Part shown: one piece after another, positions 61,514 to 64,000 of the stretch
Layout: every line of letters starts with the position of its first letter
Position numbering within the stretch: the stretch's first letter is position 1
Origin: Takakia lepidozioides
Taxonomy: Eukaryota; Plantae; Bryophyta
NCBI GenBank assembly: GCA_030704615.1
Contig: CM060732.1
Span: forward strand, 74,276,001-74,340,000
Direction: 5' to 3'
Length of the DNA stretch: 64,000 bases
Notes under the pieces: model-generated
Databases searched by the model: none
What the model was told of the DNA's origin: nothing
The model's input: the letters and a program-made list of their open reading frames with translations, nothing else
Translations under genes and position numbers: made by a program

Positions 61514-63731
61514 CTAAGCCAGTGAATTGTGGACTCGCTCCAGCAAACGCAGGACCTGGTCTACAGGCAAGCTTCTTTCTGAAAAAGGGGGGGTGAATGT
61601 ATTCTGACCAAAGGATGCTACACTAGGCTGATTACTCAAAGCTGCTTGCTGTTGTGTGCTTGTTAATTCCAAAAATTGACATAGCATGTCACCATCCAGA
61701 ACTCTGCACACTCCTGCCTGGACCCCACCCCTCAAACCAAACAAGAACTTGTTGACAACAGAGGTACGACAAAGCCAGGGAAGAGGGGAGGAGAAATCAG
61801 AAGGGCCAGTGGAGGGGAGAGAGTCAACCTCACTTATCCAAAACAGAGACTGTACTCAGTAGACCACCCAATCTTGCAGTCATTCACCTACCTGGATGTC
61901 CACAGGCTAGAAAGGTGACAACAAATTCTGTTTCGATAACTTGCACTGTTGAACACCTGGTAATAACTAGAATTCCATTACGCAAAAAATGTTGAGTGAG
62001 GGCACTTACAGGGCAGCCTTGGCTTCGGAAATCAGCATGGTTGTTACCCAAAAGAGGGGCAGTCAACGGATAGCCAGCAAGCCTTGCTTGCACAGCTTCC
62101 AACACTTCATACTCCTCTCTGTTAACCAAGCCGACATAATATTAAACCAAGCCTTCCAGCGTCAAAAGACCATGACTGATGAGCACCTACAACAGCACTG
62201 TCAACACTCGTGGTGATTACTACTTAATCTCAAGGATGAGGATGGGGCGAGAGAGAGGAATTATGGAGGTGGCAACAATGCTTTCATTCCACAGTGATGT
62301 GTGAGAGGGTGGGGGTGATGGACACAGGGGACGTGGAGGGTGTCAGGCCGATCATTCATGGCCAGGCAATGGTATATTGTGTGGTGAGATTTTACAATAT
62401 TGCTATATTTCCTTCTGCTCTATATTCCTTTTCACTAACACCAAACACCTTGTTAGACAAAAGGTAGCCTTTCTCATGATCCACTGAAGTACCGTGTGAC
62501 AAGGATGAAGATGAAAACACTGCCAAGTAGTGAGCTGGCCACCACTGAGGAGTCCGCAAAGTCAGAGATAGCACTGCTGCTGCAAGCCTTCACGCTATCC
62601 TCCATAGAACTTCTGTATGCAAATGAGGCCTGCCAATAGCACCATAGCTTTGCTGGATGAGTTAGGCAAACCATGAGACAGTTTCAGGCCTTGTCAAGAG
62701 CACAGTTCAGGAGGACAGGAAACTGACCTTGCAAATCCTCATTATGGTTTCGCCAACATGATACCAGGAACTTAATGCAAGATTGCTTTCTGGACTCGTA
62801 CTATCTGATCCAGCATCAAAACAGACATTTAATTAGACGAAGCAATGAAAATATCCAAAGGAAGGTTCTTCTTTGAGTGGCCAACAATCCTGTAATTTTA
62901 GTTGCCATCTGAAGAGAGAATTTCTCTGACAACGCCTGACTAGCACAAGGGCTGGCTATATTCGTTTGGGGTGCCTATTAGCATTAGTTGCTGGGCCACA
63001 CTGTAGAGGCTTGGACTAGGGACTTGCCCACTTCAATGCAACAAGTAGGGAAGGATGCCAGGAGAGGGGAGATAGTGAAAAATGTGTGAACCCATACTTC
63101 TCCTAGCCTCGTCTAGGGTGAGAGAGAGAAACCGTGCATGCACAGCACATGTGAGGCAATTTTCAACAATAAAGAATGGACAATAAGACCTAAGAAGGCT
63201 TATCACGAGTACACACTTTCATGCACTAAAGTACCAACTATCTGTAGGTTGACACAATGGAATTTCTCCCTTGTGAGCAGATAACTTCGTACCTTCTGGA
63301 ATATTTGCACTTGACAGAGCACAAAAGTTACCGAGGCGGTCTGTTGCTATTGCTGTATCCACATCCATGAGAATGCAGTCAGCTACAAGGCGCTGTACTG
63401 GATCACAATGGAGTTGCTCTAGCTGACAAGTATCCTGCACTCACCGACCACCATATGCCACATTCTCACCTATTGAATCTTGGGGCAGTTAAATGCTCTT
63501 GTTCCTTACTCTTAGAAAAACAGGGCACAAAATTGATAGAACAGATTTCCAAGGAAACAGTCTTTTCACACCCACCTCTTGATATGAATAGAAGACGACA
63601 CCATCCCGGCACTCCCCCACGGCAATTCGGTTTAAATGAACAGAAAGGCTGGTGATCGCAAAGCGCGTTCGTACCCTGGCAAGCCGCCGCAGCCGCTGGG
63701 GAGAGTCTGGCAGAAATCCTAGACAACACAG
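61514..63731 (-). CDS. SF3B3/RSE1/DDB1-family (CPSF A subunit domain) protein, 3' exons; gene continues off the right edge
   Basis: Exons RIAVGECRDGVVFYSY, QLEQLHCDPVQRLVADC...TDRLGN, VVASSLLGSV, REEYEVLEAVQARL...LGNNHADFRS, and a terminal VLDGDMLCQFLEL...VLRLLERVH*. Confidence 0.8.
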
Positions 63732-64000
63732 CTGTTTGCCCACCAAAAATAAGAGAAATATTGAAGGCATGAGGTTGATGATAAAGGTTTCTCCTTAGGG
63801 GCTGGGGGGCCTCCTCTAGGTAAACAGAAATTGCTCCTGGAAGTAAGGCCTTTCCATGTCTAAATAGCTTTAAGGGCCAAATTGCATTAGCTCAAAAAAT
63901 ACATATCCATCTCTGTCTTTCGAATGACTAGGTGCAAAATCATCAACAATATCCATACACTGGCATCCCGAGAGACACAAACCAGCAGCTGTTCTCCAAA

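Overview
This is eukaryotic land-plant nuclear DNA, most likely from a bryophyte or other seed-free lineage (spliceosomal and U12 introns, a PLS-DYW PPR gene, a MIKC*-like MADS gene). The left edge holds the 5' part of a CPL3-like Pol II CTD phosphatase. About 2.5-31.8 kb is a nested transposon island: a Tourist MITE, tRNA-derived SINE heads, a Pack-MULE-like element carrying a PPR fragment, a decayed MULE transposase, and two Ty3/gypsy elements. The standout is the + strand gypsy element, which encodes a complete C5 cytosine DNA methyltransferase domain (DNMT3-like) in its polyprotein between protease and reverse transcriptase. The - strand gypsy element carries a dUTPase-like remnant. From 31.9 to 64 kb the window is gene-rich: a disrupted PPR-DYW gene, a ubiquitin-specific protease, a conserved uncharacterised gene head-to-head with WDR91, an ORF with ten 48-aa repeats ending in APQFDGLNFYETF, an intronless MIKC*-like MADS gene, and the 3' end of an SF3B3/CPSF-A-family gene. 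WDR91 has two U12 introns and an intronic LINE that creates an in-frame alternative splice acceptor. All calls come from reading the sequence by eye; no searches were run.
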